Of a stretch of DNA of 64,000 bases, positions 63,046-64,000 are shown in pieces. This DNA is from an uncultured Alphaproteobacteria bacterium. Lineage in GTDB: Bacteria; Pseudomonadota; Alphaproteobacteria; HIMB59; GCA-002718135. The stretch covers positions 21,303-85,302 of the forward strand of contig CABXWB010000005.1 of the NCBI GenBank assembly GCA_902515745.1, given 5' to 3'. The number at the start of each line of letters is the position of its first letter. Positions within the stretch are counted from its first letter, which is position 1. The notes under the pieces were generated by a model, which was not told where the DNA came from, ran no database searches, and saw only the letters and a list, made by a program, of their open reading frames with translations. Made by a program: the position numbers and the translations under genes.

Positions 63046-64000
63046 TAATTAATGTACTCATAAACTTGTGGTAATTTTTTCATTTCTTTATCTGAAATTA
63101 TAAAACAATTTTTTATTCTTTCTTCCAATTCTTTTGAATCATCTTCTGTGTTTGAGTGTAATTGCAATAATGGTTTCGTGCTATCAATTTTTTCACCAAC
63201 AGAAATAACACTGTCATATCCTACACCATAATTTATTTTATCAGAAACTTGTTTACGTCCTCCGCCAAGCTCTATTAAAATTAAACCTAATTCTCTTGTA
63301 TGAATTTTTTCGATCCAACCTTCTTTATCAGGAAAAATATCTCTTGCTTTTGACTCATTACGTAAATCTGTTTCGTAAGTTGATAAAATATTTTTTGGTC
63401 CTCCCAAAGCTGAAGTCATCTTTTCAAATTTTTCTGCTGCTGTTCCATTTGAAAGCACTTGTTTAATTTTTTTAAGGGCATCTTCTTTAGAAATTTTATG
63501 CACCATCATTAAAAGTGAAGAGATTAATTCATTCGTGATTTTTTCTAAGCGATAATCTTTAATTTCATTTTTTAAATACTTTATACACTCTATCATTTCT
63601 AAAGTATGACCTGCGCTTTTTCCTAAGACTTGATTCATATCTGTAATTATAGCTTCGCATTTAAGCCCAGCCCCCTTTGCAACACTAACTAAAGATTGTG
63701 ATAATTCTCTTGATATCTCTATAGTGCTATTAAAAGATCCGTTCCCAACTTTTACATCTAGAATAAGTGACTTCAGCCCAGAGGCAATTTTCTTAGATAA
63801 AATGGAGGAGGTAATTAATGGTAATGATTCCACTGTTCCAACAATATCTCTTATGGAATAAAGTTTTTTATCAGCAGGTGCTAAGTTTGATGTTTGACCA
63901 ATTATAGCACAACCAACTTCTTTAACTACTTTCTTAAACATATCTAAATTAGGTTGTGTGTTATATCCTGGGATTGAATCGAATTTATCTAATGTTCCGC
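63045..64000 (-). CDS. deoA: Thymidine/pyrimidine-nucleoside phosphorylase, C-terminal two-thirds (5' end outside the window)
   Basis: The frame stays open upstream of the track's Met and reads GTLDKFDSIPGYNTQPNLDMFKK. The sequence then continues with TP-family motifs (SIRDIVGTVESLPLITSSILSKK). Confidence 0.85.
   Translation of the reverse strand, partial: GTLDKFDSIPGYNTQPNLDMFKKVVKEVGCAIIGQTSNLAPADKKLYSIRDIVGTVESLPLITSSILSKKIASGLKSLILDVKVGNGSFNSTIEISRELSQSLVSVAKGAGLKCEAIITDMNQVLGKSAGHTLEMIECIKYLKNEIKDYRLEKITNELISSLLMMVHKISKEDALKKIKQVLSNGTAAEKFEKMTSALGGPKNILSTYETDLRNESKARDIFPDKEGWIEKIHTRELGLILIELGGGRKQVSDKINYGVGYDSVISVGEKIDSTKPLLQLHSNTEDDSKELEERIKNCFIISDKEMKKLPQVYEYIN

Noticed and set aside
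1-64000. I looked for CRISPR arrays, prophage, transposons, toxin-antitoxin or defence islands, and rRNA/tRNA genes.
   Set aside because: I saw no arrays of regularly spaced repeats. I found no integrase, transposase, recombinase, nuclease-helicase or phage structural motifs in any ORF. No spacer is long and structured enough for a stable RNA gene apart from those reported.

Overview
The window looks like a streamlined, very AT-rich marine alphaproteobacterial chromosome segment. The style is Pelagibacterales/SAR11-like: genes overlap or abut, most spacers are 0-20 bp, and there are no rRNA, tRNA, CRISPR, transposase or integrase genes. That taxonomic call is an inference from sequence style and gene content.

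Positions 1-25 kb are core housekeeping genes:
- ubiE (partial), coaBC, a ThiF-like gene and fabA-fabB-fabI on the plus strand.
- A 15-gene minus-strand string: tsaB-rimI-miaB-phoH-ybeY-corC-lnt-trmB, one terminator, then nusA-infB-rbfA-truB-rpsO-pnp-ugpQ.
- A polysaccharide deacetylase, a glucosaminidase-domain protein, an Nfu-type Fe-S protein, trpS and murJ.

Positions 25-45 kb form a phosphorus-scavenging accessory block:
- A divergent PiT-like permease and a SET-domain protein.
- A PlcP-like phospholipase C with a GT4 glycosyltransferase (lipid remodelling).
- A DUF47/PhoU-like protein with a canonical PiT.
- A CX5R phosphatase and an orphan PhnZ-like HD di-iron oxygenase.
- PhnW, an AllA-fold protein and a calcineurin-type phosphoesterase.
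- An unassigned three-gene module (MetE-core-like, Fe-ADH, MTase-like).
- PhnY and PhnA, plus a Ugp-type ABC importer.

Positions 45-64 kb carry two small zinc-ribbon proteins, an MFS transporter, msrPQ with a cytochrome c, an orphan family-5 binding protein, purine salvage genes and an M48 peptidase. They also carry an iron locus (fbpC / fbpB-fbpA-fatty-acid-hydroxylase / 459-aa secreted protein), an hsp20 gene, an O-methyltransferase and a partial deoA.

The most interesting observations are:
- The orphan PhnZ-like oxygenase and the unassigned module inside the phosphonate locus.
- Pho-box-like 11-bp periodic repeats upstream of the phosphorus transcription units.
- An unusually long structured spacer with two Irr/ICE-like boxes in the iron locus.
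- A sigma-32 promoter combined with a ROSE-like thermometer on hsp20.

All functional calls rest on by-eye motif recognition. No database search was run.
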